Shown: in pieces, positions 14,665 to 56,559 of the stretch
Position numbering within the stretch: the stretch's first letter is position 1
Layout of the letters: each line of letters opens with the position of its first letter
Position numbers and translations under genes: made by a program
DNA from: Octopus vulgaris
Lineage: Eukaryota
NCBI GenBank assembly: GCA_951406725.2
Contig: OX597831.1
Location: 54,250,001 to 54,314,000, forward strand
Direction: 5' to 3'
Length of the DNA: 64,000 bases
The notes under the pieces: model-generated
Seen by the model: the letters and a program-made list of their open reading frames with translations, nothing else
What the model was told of the DNA's origin: nothing
Database searches by the model: none

Positions 14665-15100
14665 GGCACCTGCTCCTACCTCTCCAATACCACAATCCTC
14701 AGGCACCAATTACCGACCCTATCACGTAACCGACTCCTTTACCGAATTTTCATAAGTCAGCTAATTTTTGCTACAACGTTTCGTATCGAGACGTCAATGA
14801 ATGTATATACCATATTTCGGGGGTTGCTGCCCTTTCATCAGCACCCATCTAACCCATTCTCGCCTCTGAACACATTGCTTATATAGTCACCGCATAGAGC
14901 GGTGTTAAATTATTGGATATACCCATTTACATATTAAATGCATTCCTGGAGCTGGTATTTAAACATTAATGATTTGTAGGTACGTGGTACTTCGTTATGC
15001 AAATATAATACACTGTAAAGTATAGTAAATGTTTTCATAAGTCAGTACCACGCTCCAGGAATGCGCTTAATATGTAAATTGGTATATCCAATAACTTAAT
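14665..15100. mobile_element. Second Penelope-like fragment with hammerhead-like core and 57-bp inverted repeat
   Basis: 14668-14752 matches 16411-16486. The minus strand of 14811-14841 reads CTGATGAAAGGGCAGCAACCCCCGAAA. Inverted repeat arms at 14902-14958 and 15044-15100. Confidence 0.55.
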
Positions 15101-15312
15101 ACAATCGCTTGACAGCCGATGTTAGTATATTTACCTCCCTGTAACTTAGCGATTCGGCAAAAGAGACCGATAGAATAAGTACCAGGCTTACAAAGAATAA
15201 GTCCTAGGATCGATTTCTTCGACTAAAAGGCGGTGCTCCAGCATGACCACAGTCAAATGAGTGGAACAAATAAAAGAATAAGCAACAAAACAATATATGT
15301 ATATATATATAT

Positions 15313-16322
15313 ATATGTTAATAAAAAATATGCATATATATAAACATATATGTACGTACCTACCTCTACATGTACATATACACGCATATATGTGTACAGG
15401 ACACCAAAAGGACGTCGAACACATAGAGAGACGAAAAACATAGACACAAACCAAGGAACAAGACAAGCAAAAAAAGGAGATACAGGACAATAAGCACAAC
15501 GAAAAATCCCCTTCTTCAGTCGCTAAAGTTTCATCTACTAAACGTTTCGAAGGATAAAAGCGAGACGTATACTTCGAATGAAAAATTCCTTCCTGCGAAA
15601 AGCAAATCAATTAAAATTCTGAGATCTTGTCGCAGAGGGGTAAAAAAAGCAAGACGGTAACGACAGTACAAACATATAAACAGTAAAAAATATATATATA
15701 AACAGTGGAAAAATAAAAGTATAACAGTGAGAGACAGGACAAGGAGAACAAGATAAGAAGGGCTGTTAACGCCAGACGAAAAAAGTATTGCAAACGCTGG
15801 ATTATAGTGGACGACGAGAGAGGAAGATGTCGACCAGTGGCCTTAGAAGGCAGGTGAGAAAAGACGGGATAGCAGTTACGACGGAAGTACGTCGCAGATG
15901 GACGACGGGAATGGGGGAGGAGGAGCAAGAGGAAGAGAGAGAAGAAGGGGAATGGTGCGAGGAGACCATGAAGAACAGTGAGGGGGAGAGAGAGAGGAAG
16001 AGACAAGTTAAGTGAGGGAAAAAAGACGAAAAAGGGAATGGGAGAGAAAGAAAGAAAGATGCAGAGTCGCGTGAGAGTTAATATCAAGGCGAACTTGATA
16101 AACAGAACAATCTTACTTAATAGGGTGCGTGCGTTTAGTCGTATAATATGTTAATAAAAAATATGCATATATATAAACATATATGTACGTACCTACCTCT
16201 ACATGTACATATACACGCATATATGTGTACAGGACACCAAAAGGACGTCGAACACATAGAGAGACGAAAAACATAGACACAAACCAAGGAACAAGACAAG
16301 CAAAAAAAGGAGATACAGGACA

Positions 16323-16365
<43 letters not shown>

Positions 16366-16635
16366 TATAAGCTTGCCTGGCTACTTCCCCTGCTCCCACC
16401 CCCGCTGTTACACCTGCCCCTACCTCTCTAATACCACAATCGTCAAGCACCAATCACTGTCCCTCTCACGTAACCGACTCCTTTACTTGCACCTCTAATA
16501 ATGTCATTTACTGCATCTCCTGCTCTCTCTCTGTTCTTCCCTGTACATTGGTCAAACGGGACGCTGCTTAGCTGACCAGTTCGTGAAGTACCTCCGAGAC
16601 ATCAGACTTAGCAACAACAATAAACCGGTTGCATC
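15313..16635. mobile_element. Penelope-like element remnant: ~180-bp direct repeats (15313-15492, 16146-16325) plus a GIY-YIG endonuclease fragment (16375-16635, + strand)
   Basis: 16383-16635 translates (one frameshift) to FPCSHPRCYTCPYLSNTTI...DSFTCTSNNVIYCISC..CSSLYIGQTGRCLADQFVKYLRDIR, a Penelope/Neptune GIY-YIG signature. The direct repeat copies look identical. Confidence 0.75.
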
Positions 16636-16870
16636 ATGGGAAATAAAACGCTTTGTTCAAGTGAATTAAAAAGTAAAAATTAAAAATTTGGTTTGGAAAA
16701 AATACCAAAGTGTGGATTTTGTGTTGACCATCTCATTTTTGGCAACAAATAAGAAAGTGAAAACATATCGACCAATAGACAGATATCTTACACGTAAGGG
16801 TCATAAAAAACATCAACAGACAAAGCTACATTGAATTATTTCTTTAGATAACAAGTGATAATGCTTAAGA

Positions 16871-16924
<54 letters not shown>

Positions 16925-17937
16925 ATAGAATAAGGGTGAGATGAGAAGTTAGGTTAGGGTAATATAGTGAAGACAAAATTTCAGGCGCCAATACTTTGAA
17001 TGGTGAGGCAGAGAAGGCTAACATACATCACCTACTATTTTTATTATCCCCTAACCATCGTGCTTCATTTGACCTTTTCATCTACTCTTTCGCTCTTTGT
17101 TGGAAGTGATGCATTCCATTGATCAGAAGGTTCGCCTTCTCTCAGCACCTGCTGCACAGAAGGCTCAGTATAATGCGGTTGATAAGGTGTATGTATGCAC
17201 TGAAGCTGTGACATCTACAGAGACTTCTAGGTGGTGAGAAGGAGTGGCCGCCGCTTGTGAGGTACAACTCATGTCTTGACGAAGCTACAGTCCCGGGTAA
17301 AGCGAAGACCAAAATATAGGTACCTGGCATCGAGAATGTTGTACTCTCATTTTCTACTATTTTAGTAGCTTACAAATAGACCACAAAACAGCTAATGGTC
17401 TGTCTGTATGCTAAACTGCCATAGTATTTTCACTTTGTTATTTTCTGAGACAGGATGTAATTCATATGTGTACAATAGACCTCTTTCTTAAACCGTTGGA
17501 AAGGATGGCTAGACATTGTCATGGTAACTTTTATATTTTGTCGAAGCTAGTGAACATTGTGATGCAATGTGGTATATCATTAAGAAAAATACATCACATA
17601 GGTGACATCTGCCATCTATATTGTGGGAATTGTGAATATTTCTTGTAGTTTAAATGGTGATGACATTCCTGTTCCTATACCGCGACATTCCTGTTCCTAT
17701 GCTGTGATTGGTACAGCTTCATTTTTAATTTATTAAACGGAGTATCCGGTTTGTGGAATTGTTGGTCGTGTAATAGAATGCCTTCTTTATTAGATATTTG
17801 CTCATAGTCGTCAGGATGTTTATGGATATGTGGAATGTTATGATTGGCCCTAAGACAAGATTCTCCCCTCTGAGGACCTACTGCATCACATATTTGTATA
17901 TTTTACATAATTTTTATCTCATTTCTGTGTAACCCCA

Positions 17938-17970
<33 letters not shown>

Positions 17971-18029
17971 ATTTTTTACCTTGTTTATGTAATATACCTG
18001 TCGTCCTTCAACCTGCCAGCAAACAAACG

Positions 18030-18345
18030 AATTACTGCCAAGGTCGACTTTGCCTTTTATCTTTTAGAGGTCGATAAATTAAGTACCAGTTGAGCACTGG
18101 GGCCGATGTAATCCCCTAGCTCCTCCCTCCAGAAGTTTCAGCACCTTTGTCTATAGTAGAAAGGATTATTATTAGACGGGTAGTAGGTTAGCAGAATTGT
18201 AGGAGCGTCGGACAAAATCCTTTGTGGTGGTCTCTTTACGTTCCGTGTTCAAATCTCACCAACTCAATAAAGTACCTGCCGAGTACTGGGGTCAATAGAA
18301 TCGACAAATCCCTCACAACTTTTAGGTTTTGTGCCTATATTAGAA
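18030..18345 (+). mobile_element. SINE family A copies just upstream of tyrosinase exon A
   Basis: aggtcgactttgccttttatc...gtcgataaattaagtaccagttgagcactgggg body and a gtagaaaggattatt tail. Confidence 0.75.
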
Positions 18346-18507
18346 ACGAACATTATTATTATTGTCATCCATTCATTGATAAATTAAATTATTTGCTATC
18401 TTTACTTTTAATGAATAAAATTATATCACCATTGAATTGTAATTTTGCAACAGAATTCACTATTAAAGCAATATGAAACCTATTTCTTTTCAAACTTCTA
18501 ATTTCAG

Positions 18508-47832
<29,325 letters not shown>

Positions 47833-48460
47833 TTGAAGAAAGAAAACAATTTTTTTTATATATTACTTAATTTATCTATCCTTACGTATGCGAAAGCATT
47901 TTGACATTTATCTAGCATCACATTTTCGTTTTTGTTTTCTTTTTTGTTTTGTTTTTATTTGTTTGTTTCTTGTTTTGTTGTTTGCTTCTACAATTTCTAC
48001 TTCCACCGCTGGCTCACCCAGCCGGATCCTTGTGTGTGCGTGCAGAAAAATGTCCCTTCACCTACATAAAAAAAAAATATCGTCAATGGAGCTTCTTTCT
48101 ATACTGTCAATCGACCAGCAAAAATTAGACGCTAGCTCTTCATCATATCACTTTTTACTGCATTTTTAAAAGAAATTTGCAGAAGTGTTTGAATAGGTTC
48201 TTAAGGATAAGCAATTGAAATCGTACAGAAGTGCGTTGTAAGTTGCTTGAAACATTGTGACACAAAAGAAAAATAACAAAATAGTGAAAACAGAAAGCTT
48301 TTTCTCAATGTGAAAAGGAAAAAGTTTAACGACCTTCATATACTTTCAGGCACGAAATATATAAACGTTACTAATCTTATCCCTTTTCTCATTGTAAGCA
48401 GCTCTCCGTCTTCATTATGTTGTTATATTACTTCTGAAATTAAAAGATTTCTGTGTGGAA

Positions 48461-48476
48461 AATAAAATAAAATAAA
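48461..48476 (+). promoter_or_regulatory. Candidate polyadenylation signal cluster for the tyrosinase 3' UTR
   Basis: Three overlapping AATAAA (aataaaataaaataaa) about 630 nt after the stop. The context is AT-rich, so this could be chance. Confidence 0.35.
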
Positions 48477-49009
48477 ACAGATACAGGGAAAATCGTATAT
48501 TTTACAACAAAAACAAAATTAAAGTGATTGCAAATAGAGACGGTCCTAAGAATTTGAATAGGATCTTAAGGCCAGGACTACTAAAAATAATAGGTTTCAG
48601 TAAAAAAATATATAATAAAATAAATCAATACAGTTTTCAGTTCGTTAATGAGGTTAGAATAAAAGCAAAACATGATCGGAGTTGTCTATCTTACTTTTTT
48701 TATCCCCACAGCATACTTATTTCTAGCTACCTTAAAAGTACCCAAGGCATTAAATATGTTAATACTAACACGTTTCTTTTCTCATGCGAATGTCATCTCG
48801 AGCATTAACAAATACCATGGAAAGCACTTGACCGGTAATCCCAGAGATATGAGTTCGAGTCTCATGGCTGGCTGCTGACAATTTTTTTTTCTGTAATATA
48901 AGGATATTATCCTATTTACGCCGTTCATGCATAATTCTGCACTTCAGAATAAATTATCTCCATATCTGTATATCTCAATACATCTCCACATTTCCTACAA
49001 AGCAATTTT

Positions 49010-49074
<65 letters not shown>

Positions 49075-49193
49075 CTGGGTGTGTCTATGTCTGTGTCTGT
49101 GTGTATGTGTGTGTATTGTTAGAATGGCTAAAACACGCGCGCGACGCAAACGCACACTCGCACTCACATTCACACACACACACGTACACACGC

Positions 49194-49260
<67 letters not shown>

Positions 49261-49415
49261 ACACCGAGTGAAGAAACAGCGTAGATAATGGAAGTAAAGA
49301 TGAAGATAAATTGTCAGGTTGCTATTGCATACGTAAAGGTTAGAAATATTTCGAAAGTAAGCTGCTCGCAGATTATTCTATTTTGTACATAGAAAAGACA
49401 TTCATAAATAATATA

Positions 49416-49462
<47 letters not shown>

Positions 49463-49497
49463 CATTATTGTCGTTGTCGTTGTTATTGTTGTTGTTA

Positions 49498-49746
49498 ACA
49501 GGTAGAATCGTTAGCACGCCAGGCAAAATGCTTAGCGTTATTTTGTCCGTCTTAATGTCTGAGTTCAAATTCCGCCGAGGTCGACTTTAACCTATCATCA
49601 TTCATGAGTCGATAAAATAAGTACCAGTTGATAACTGGAGTTGATGTAATCAACTTACCCCCTTCCCTCAAACTTCAAACCTTGTGCTTACCCCCTTCCC
49701 TCAAACTTCAAACCTTTAGTAGAAAGGATTAATATTATTATTATTA

Positions 49747-49789
<43 letters not shown>

Positions 49790-50352
49790 GTGAGAGAGCA
49801 GTGTATGCATGCCATCAAAGTGACACTGGGGTAAAATATACGAAGCCCAGTATACCCATCATGACTACCCGTCTGATAAGGGTACACAAGGCACATGCAT
49901 CACAACCATATGTGTCTGACATGGTGATCTCATATCAAGATAAACAGCTCATGACCTTGCAGGTGGGGCTCAGTTAGAATTTTCTCCTGCATCCCGCTCA
50001 AAAGGTCTCTGAATAAGGGTTGTTTAAGGATGTTGAACGAAACACACCTGTTTCCAGAGGTGAATTATTCAAACCCCAAAGAATCCCTCTCAATACATGG
50101 CCATGATGCTCCCACACTACTTCTGCTCGTGATCAGAGATGCGCATATCGTCAGCCACTCAGGGACATGCTCAACTGGTTAAGGTCAAGCAACTGACAAG
50201 CAAATCTGTGGTATTGAGCAGAATATTTGCTGTAGCCCATCTTTTATACCAAGACAAAACAATGTACATGATAACACTTCCAATCAGTTAAGATCAGAAG
50301 CCACGAGAACCACTGCCTGGTACTGCATCAGGGCATTTATTGTTGTTGTTGT

Positions 50353-50387
<35 letters not shown>

Positions 50388-50858
50388 TTACTACTACTAC
50401 TACTACTACTATTATTGTTATTATTATTATCATTATCATTATTATTATTATGTAGCAGAATTATCAGAGTCTAAATGCCTAGAGCTATTCCTTCCTACCC
50501 TTTACGTTCTGAGTTCAATTTCTTCTGGGGAGGATTTTGCGCTTCAGCCTTTCGGGGTCGACAAAATAAAGTACTAGTCAAGTAATTGGGCATCAATGGT
50601 ATCAACTTGCCCCTCCCCTTAAAGTTGCTGGCCTTGTGCCAAAACAAAAAGAAATAAAAGACGGCGAGCTGGCAAAATGGCTAGTGCGTCAGACAAATTA
50701 ATTAGCAGTATTTCTTCCAGTTCTTTCCATTCTGGTCTCACATACGTTGCCTTTCATCTATCGGGGTCAATGAATTAAATACCAGTGAAACACTGAGGTC
50801 GATGTAATCGACTAGTCACCTCCCCACAAAATATTTCAGGGCTTATGCCTTTAGCAGA

Positions 50859-50899
<41 letters not shown>

Positions 50900-51693
50900 T
50901 ATTGAGTGAGTGCATGCCATCAAAGTGACACTGGGGTAAAATATACGAAGCCCAGTATACCCATCATGACTACCCGTCTGATAAGGGTACACCAGGCACA
51001 TGCATCACAACCATATGTGCGCGACATGGTGATCTCTCATATCAAGATAAACAGCACATGACCTTGCAGGTGGGGCCCAGTTAGAATTTTCTTCAGGTCG
51101 AGTAACCCATCCCACTCGAAAGGTCCCTGAATAAGGGTTGTTTAAGGATGTTGAACGAAACACCCATGTTTCCAGAGGTGAATTATTCAAACCCCAAAGA
51201 ATCCCTCTCAACACATGGCTATGATGCTCCCCCACTACTTCTGCTCGTGATCAGAGATGCACATATCACCAGCCACTAAGGGACATGCTCAACTGGTTAA
51301 GGTCAAACAACTGACAAGCAAATCTGTGTTATTGAGCAGAATATTTGCTGTAGCCCATATTATTATTATTATTGTTGTTGTTGTTATCGTTGTCGATGTT
51401 GTTATTGTTATTGTGGTTGTTGTTGTTGTTAAGGCGGCGAGCTGGCTGAATTGTTAGCAGGCCGGGTAAAATGCTTCGCGGCATTTCGCCGGTGTATATG
51501 TTCTGAGTTCAAAATTCCACTGAGGTCGACTTTACATTTCATCCTTTAGGGTCGATAAATAAAGTAATAGTCAAGTACTGGGATCGATGTGGTCTTCTAC
51601 ACCCCACCCCACAAATTCCAAGTTTTGTGCCTTTAGTAGAAAGGATTATTATTATTATTATTATTATTATTGTTATTATTATTGTTATTATTA

Positions 51694-51737
<44 letters not shown>

Positions 51738-51984
51738 GTTATTATTATTATTATTATTATTATAATTAAGACGGCGAGCTGACAGAATCGTTAGCACGCG
51801 GGGCGAAATGTTTTGCGGTATTTCCCCTGTCGCTACATTCTGAGTTCAAATTCCGCCGCGGTCGGCTTTACCTTTCATCCTTTCGGGGTCGGTAAACTAA
51901 ATACCAGTTGAGTACTGTGATCGATGTAACCGATTGACCTCCTCCCCCAAATTTCAGGCCTTGCACCTATAATAGAAAGGATTA

Positions 51985-52027
<43 letters not shown>

Positions 52028-52047
52028 CGTCATCATTATCATCATCA

Positions 52048-52111
<64 letters not shown>

Positions 52112-52549
52112 AAAAGGCGGTGAACTGTCAGAAACGTTAGCACGCTGGGCTAGATACTTACCGGCATTTCGTCCGCCGCTACGTTCTGAGTTCAAATTCC
52201 GTCGAGGTCAACGTTGCCTTTCAACCTTTCGGAGTCGATTAAATAAATACCAGTTACGCACTGGGGTCGATGTAATCGACTTAATCCCTTCATCCAAATT
52301 TGAGGCCTTGTGCTTCCAATAGAAAGAACTATTATTAAAGCAGCGTGCTAGCAGAATCGTTAGCACGCTGGGCAAAATGCTTCGCGGTATCTCGTCTGCG
52401 CTACGTTCTGAGTTCAAATTCTGCCGAGGTTGACTTTGCCTTTCATTCTTTTGAGGTCGATAAAATATGCACCAGTTAAGCACTGGGTCAATGTAAATGA
52501 CTATATCCCTCCCCACAAAATTTCAGGCCTTGTGCCTTTAGTAGAAAGG

Positions 52550-52626
<77 letters not shown>

Positions 52627-52829
52627 GGTGGCAAGCTGGCAGAATCGTTAGCACGCTGGACGAAATGCTTAACGGTATTTCGCCCGTCGCTACATTTTAA
52701 GTTCAAATTCCACCAAGGTCGACTTTGCCTTTCATCCTTTGGCGATCGATAAAATTAGTACTAGTTACGCATTGGAGTTGATGTGATCGACTTAATTCCT
52801 TCCCGCAAAATTTGAGGCCTTGTGCTTCC

Positions 52830-52860
<31 letters not shown>
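49498..52860 (+). repeat. Head-to-tail array of 8 SINE family A copies joined mostly by (ATT)n tracts, with two copies of a second element inserted
   Basis: SINE starts near 49500, 50452, 50661, 51432, 51770, 52116, 52338 and 52626, all on the + strand. Second element at 49789-50336 and 50904-51358 (catgccatcaaagtgacactggggtaaaatatacgaagccc...). Confidence 0.85.
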
Positions 52861-52861
<1 letters not shown>

Positions 52862-53716
52862 CACAATTATTTTCTTTTTATGTAAGTGTTCAGAGTTGAG
52901 GTAAAGCTGCTGGCGAGTCGTATCCGCGACCCGGTTTCAAATGCTATTTAACTGCATTTCCACTGCTAATGTCCATGGGTGAAAGACACAACCAAAACCA
53001 TTCACCACTACCACCTTTATTAAATCTTGGTTTGTGCCTTGTCCGATAAAACCCTATTCCTTCCACCTATATTTTCATTCACCCTTGCTCTTTGTTACTT
53101 TTTTTCTTTTCTTAGTTTCTTTCTTTCAACGTTTACTTTTAGCAGTGTGTGGGGAGATGGGGGTGGGTGGCGAATATCACAACTCTGTCACTGTAAAAAA
53201 AAAAAAGCAAAGCCTACCAGTCACAAACTTTGTTACAAGATAATTTTCAGTAAAGGAAATAAAATTTTTCTAAAACGTGACATAATCTTGTAGAGAAATA
53301 AATTCAATCCATGATAAACAAAACTGTAATATAACATTTTAACAATTGTTTGTTTTTTTTCATTCTCTGCTGGGTGATAAATATTATCATCATCAGCAGC
53401 AGCAGCAGCAGCATCATCAACATCATCCAGCTTCATCATCATCATCGTCATCATCATCACAACCATCATCGTTTTCCATATCTGCAGGTCGGGGTCGGAC
53501 GGAATTTGTTGAGGTAGATTTTCTACAGTCGAATGTCCTTGTCACCAGCCTTCACTCGTTTTCAACTATCACACCATATTAAGGCAAAGATACAGTCACA
53601 TGCACCAACATACACACATACACACATACACACACACACACACATACGTACATACATACATACATACATACATACATACATACATACATACATACATACA
53701 TACATACATACATACT

Positions 53717-54278
53717 TACATGGTGGTGGCTGCCCCCCTCGTTATCGAGTATGGCCATTGCGCGAAGCTTAATCAATGTCATTATCGTGCAATGCCTGTG
53801 CAAGAAGATTTTTTTTAAGTGGGGAAAGGCTGTGCACTGAGTCAATCCCACTCACTAAGCAACAGCGGCCATAATCCGAAAAGAAGAACAAGTCAACATC
53901 ATCGGTAACCAATGAGCTGCAGGTTTTATGTCGGAGTTATCCCAGTTACCTGAGTTACCTTCTCCTAGGAGGATGCCCTAACAAAGGCTAGGAGTCCTTC
54001 ACTCCCAATGGTTTAATCGCGCGATCGGGTATTCAGTCCGATTATTTCTATGTCCCCGCGCATGATACAGCCTTAAGACATTTATTGGATGGCCGTTGAC
54101 TCTCAAGAGTTCCTCTGCCCTTTGACGGGTTTTGGTTTTTCATTCCGCAGGGTGTCAAATACACACCCTCCTCACCAAGCAAGCTTGGTGGGGTTGCCTG
54201 TTTAGTCGCCGACGACCCGACCATGCAACAGGTTGTACTGGGTTACATGTTACCAGTAGCACTCGAAAGTGACCTGAC
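53717..54278 (-). mobile_element. GC-richer element between (CATA)n tracts, resembling an RTE-clade LINE 5' leader
   Basis: The minus strand contains gggcatcctcctaggagaaggtaactc, similar to a motif I recall from RTE 5' UTRs. Sharp boundaries with (CATA)n on both sides. Confidence 0.45.
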
Positions 54279-54305
54279 ATACATACATACATACATACAT
54301 ACACA

Positions 54306-54473
54306 AATATAAAAATCTGTAAAAACCTTCCAAAAGTTTATCATTTAAATATATATGAGCATATCTAGATATGTAGCTATATGCCTGAAAATGCATACAT
54401 AAAACATACAAATCTGCACGTAAATACATACATACATACATACATACATACATACATACATACATACATACAT

Positions 54474-54506
<33 letters not shown>

Positions 54507-56347
54507 TACATACATACATACATACATACATACATACATACATACATGCATGCATGCATGCATACATACATACATACATACATACATACATACATACATA
54601 CATACATACATACATACATACATACAGTTGCGGCCAAAGTTTTCAGAACGGCATTGTTTTCGCCAGAAAAGTAGGTATAAGTTTTTATCAAAGTTGTTTT
54701 ATATTCTATACTTTTCACAGACAATAAATACGATATTAATTGTTATTGTCTGAGATTTTGGTGTAATTTGAGAGCATAATACAAAAGTTATGCATTATTT
54801 AGTGATTTACTGCAAAACCCATGGCGGCCAAAATGATCAGAACGGTTGAAAAAATATCAAAATAATCAAAAATGACAGAGAATACTGGAATTATTTAATA
54901 TTTAGTGTGAAGCCCTTTAGCTTCAATCACATGTTGACATCTTCCACTGCATGAGGAAATTAAATTTTCAATTTCTTGCTAGGTGATCTTATTCCATTCT
55001 TCCCGAAGGGCATTCCATAATTGCTCGGTTGTTTTAGGATTTCTGGCTTTCGAACGTTCTCCTAGAATATTCCACACATTATCAATAGGATTGAGATCTG
55101 GGCTTTGAGCAGGCCAATCCATAACAATAACCTTTTCAGCCTTGAGGAAGTTCATGACCACCTTAGCCTTGTGACATGGGGCATTGTCCTGCATGAATAT
55201 GGGTGGTCGCTTAGTTGAATTTCTCAGCACAGGCAAGACATGATCTTTTACAAGTTGTTTATAAACTCCTGCATTTACCTTTCCATGTAATCGCACCAAA
55301 GGGCCCACACCATCTCCAGATATCATCCCCCAAACCATGACACTTCCTCTACCGAATTTAACACTAGTCTTAAGGCATTTAGGCGACAATTTTTCACCTA
55401 CTTTTCAACGAACGTACCTTTTTCCATCTGAGCCAAATAACATAAACTTAGATTCATCACTGAAATGCACCGTTTGCCATTTTTCCTGAGACCACAACAC
55501 ATGTTCGGTTGCAAAGGTAAGACGACACTTTTTATTTTTGGCGCTGATCAGTGGCTTCACTGCTGGTGATCTTGCTTGTAGGTTATGTTCAACTAAACGA
55601 TGAGACAAGTTTTTCGAGATAACGTTTTCTTCAGTACAATGCTCATTTCCCGAAAAACAGCAGTAGCAGTTTTAAATCTGTCCTTTTTAACCAACTTTAC
55701 CATAGCACGTTCTTCTCTCTTGGTCGTTTTTCTTGGCCTATCTGTAGACTTTCTTGCTTCACACGAACCACAATCATCGAAGACCTTAAGAATACCGTGA
55801 ACAACACATTTTGACTTGTTAACAATCTATCCTTCTTTCGAAGCTTAATAATCTGCTGACGAATTGATAACGGAGTAAGTGGCATTATATTAACAAAGTA
55901 CACTGCAGATATTCTTACTAATGTTTAGTAAACGAACCGTCACGTAAACAAATTCAAAACATTAGAGTTCGCCGGTTAAATATACTAAAACATGGAGTAA
56001 AAGCAACCGTTCTGATCCTTTTGGCCGCCATGGGTTTTGCAGTAAATCACTAAATCATCCATAACTTTTGTATTATCCTCTCAAATTACACCAAAATCTC
56101 AGACAATAACAATTAATATTGTATTTATTGTCTGTGAAAATTATAGAATATAAAACAACTTTGATAAAAACTTATACCTACTTTTCTGGCGAAAACAATG
56201 CCGTTCTGAACATTTTGGCCGCAACTGTACATAGAAACAAAATACCCTGTTGTTGATGTTGATATTCCAATGAAGGAATCTTGAATCTAGGTTAAAAACC
56301 GGTTCTTTCTCTATTGGCAAGAAATCTTGAAATAAACTGAATAATGA
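54306..56347 (+). mobile_element. RLE-LINE 3' end split by the Tc1 insertion (54306-54624 and 56228-56347)
   Basis: The left part (aaaatctgtaaaaaccttccaaaagtttatcatttaa...) and right part (aataccctgttgttgatg...gaaatcttgaaataaactgaataatga) together reproduce the 3' UTR seen at 11727-12030. Confidence 0.8.
54625..56227 (-). mobile_element. Full-length Tc1-like transposon (1.6 kb) with ~224-bp IR/DR-type TIRs and TA target duplication; transposase pseudogene
   Basis: TA|CAGTTGCGGCC...GGCCGCAACTG|TA. TIRs at 54625-54848 and 56004-56227. The minus-strand transposase starts at 55885 (MPLTPLSIRQQ...VHFSDESKF...MQDNAPCH...WPAQSPDLNPIDNVW) and is broken by stops and frameshifts. Confidence 0.95.
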
Positions 56348-56559
56348 CATACATATATACATACATTCATACATACATACATACATACATACATGCATGC
56401 ATGCATACATACATACATACATACATACATACATACATACATACATACATACATACATACATACATACATACATACATACATGTACGTATGTACATGCAT
56501 ATATGCATATATGTGCACGTACTTACCGAACTATGTACGTATGTCTCTTCTACTTTTTA

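Noticed and set aside
14825-14833. TGC TGC CCT (CCP) as a candidate for the missing tyrosinase exon 1
   Set aside because: No signal peptide or FPRxC upstream, no suitable phase-1 donor, and it lies within a Penelope-like repeat.
15500-15555. Minus-strand CGAAAC...CTGAAGA pair suggesting a permuted (type II) hammerhead
   Set aside because: The intervening sequence does not form a credible stem I.
17663-17700. Small local duplications (gacattcctgttcctat x2; also 49653-49715 and 43140-43310)
   Set aside because: Ordinary slippage-type duplications with no sign of function.
49498-52860. Regularly spaced repeats that superficially resemble a CRISPR array
   Set aside because: The units are ~200-bp SINEs, the spacers are microsatellites, the context is eukaryotic, and there are no cas genes.
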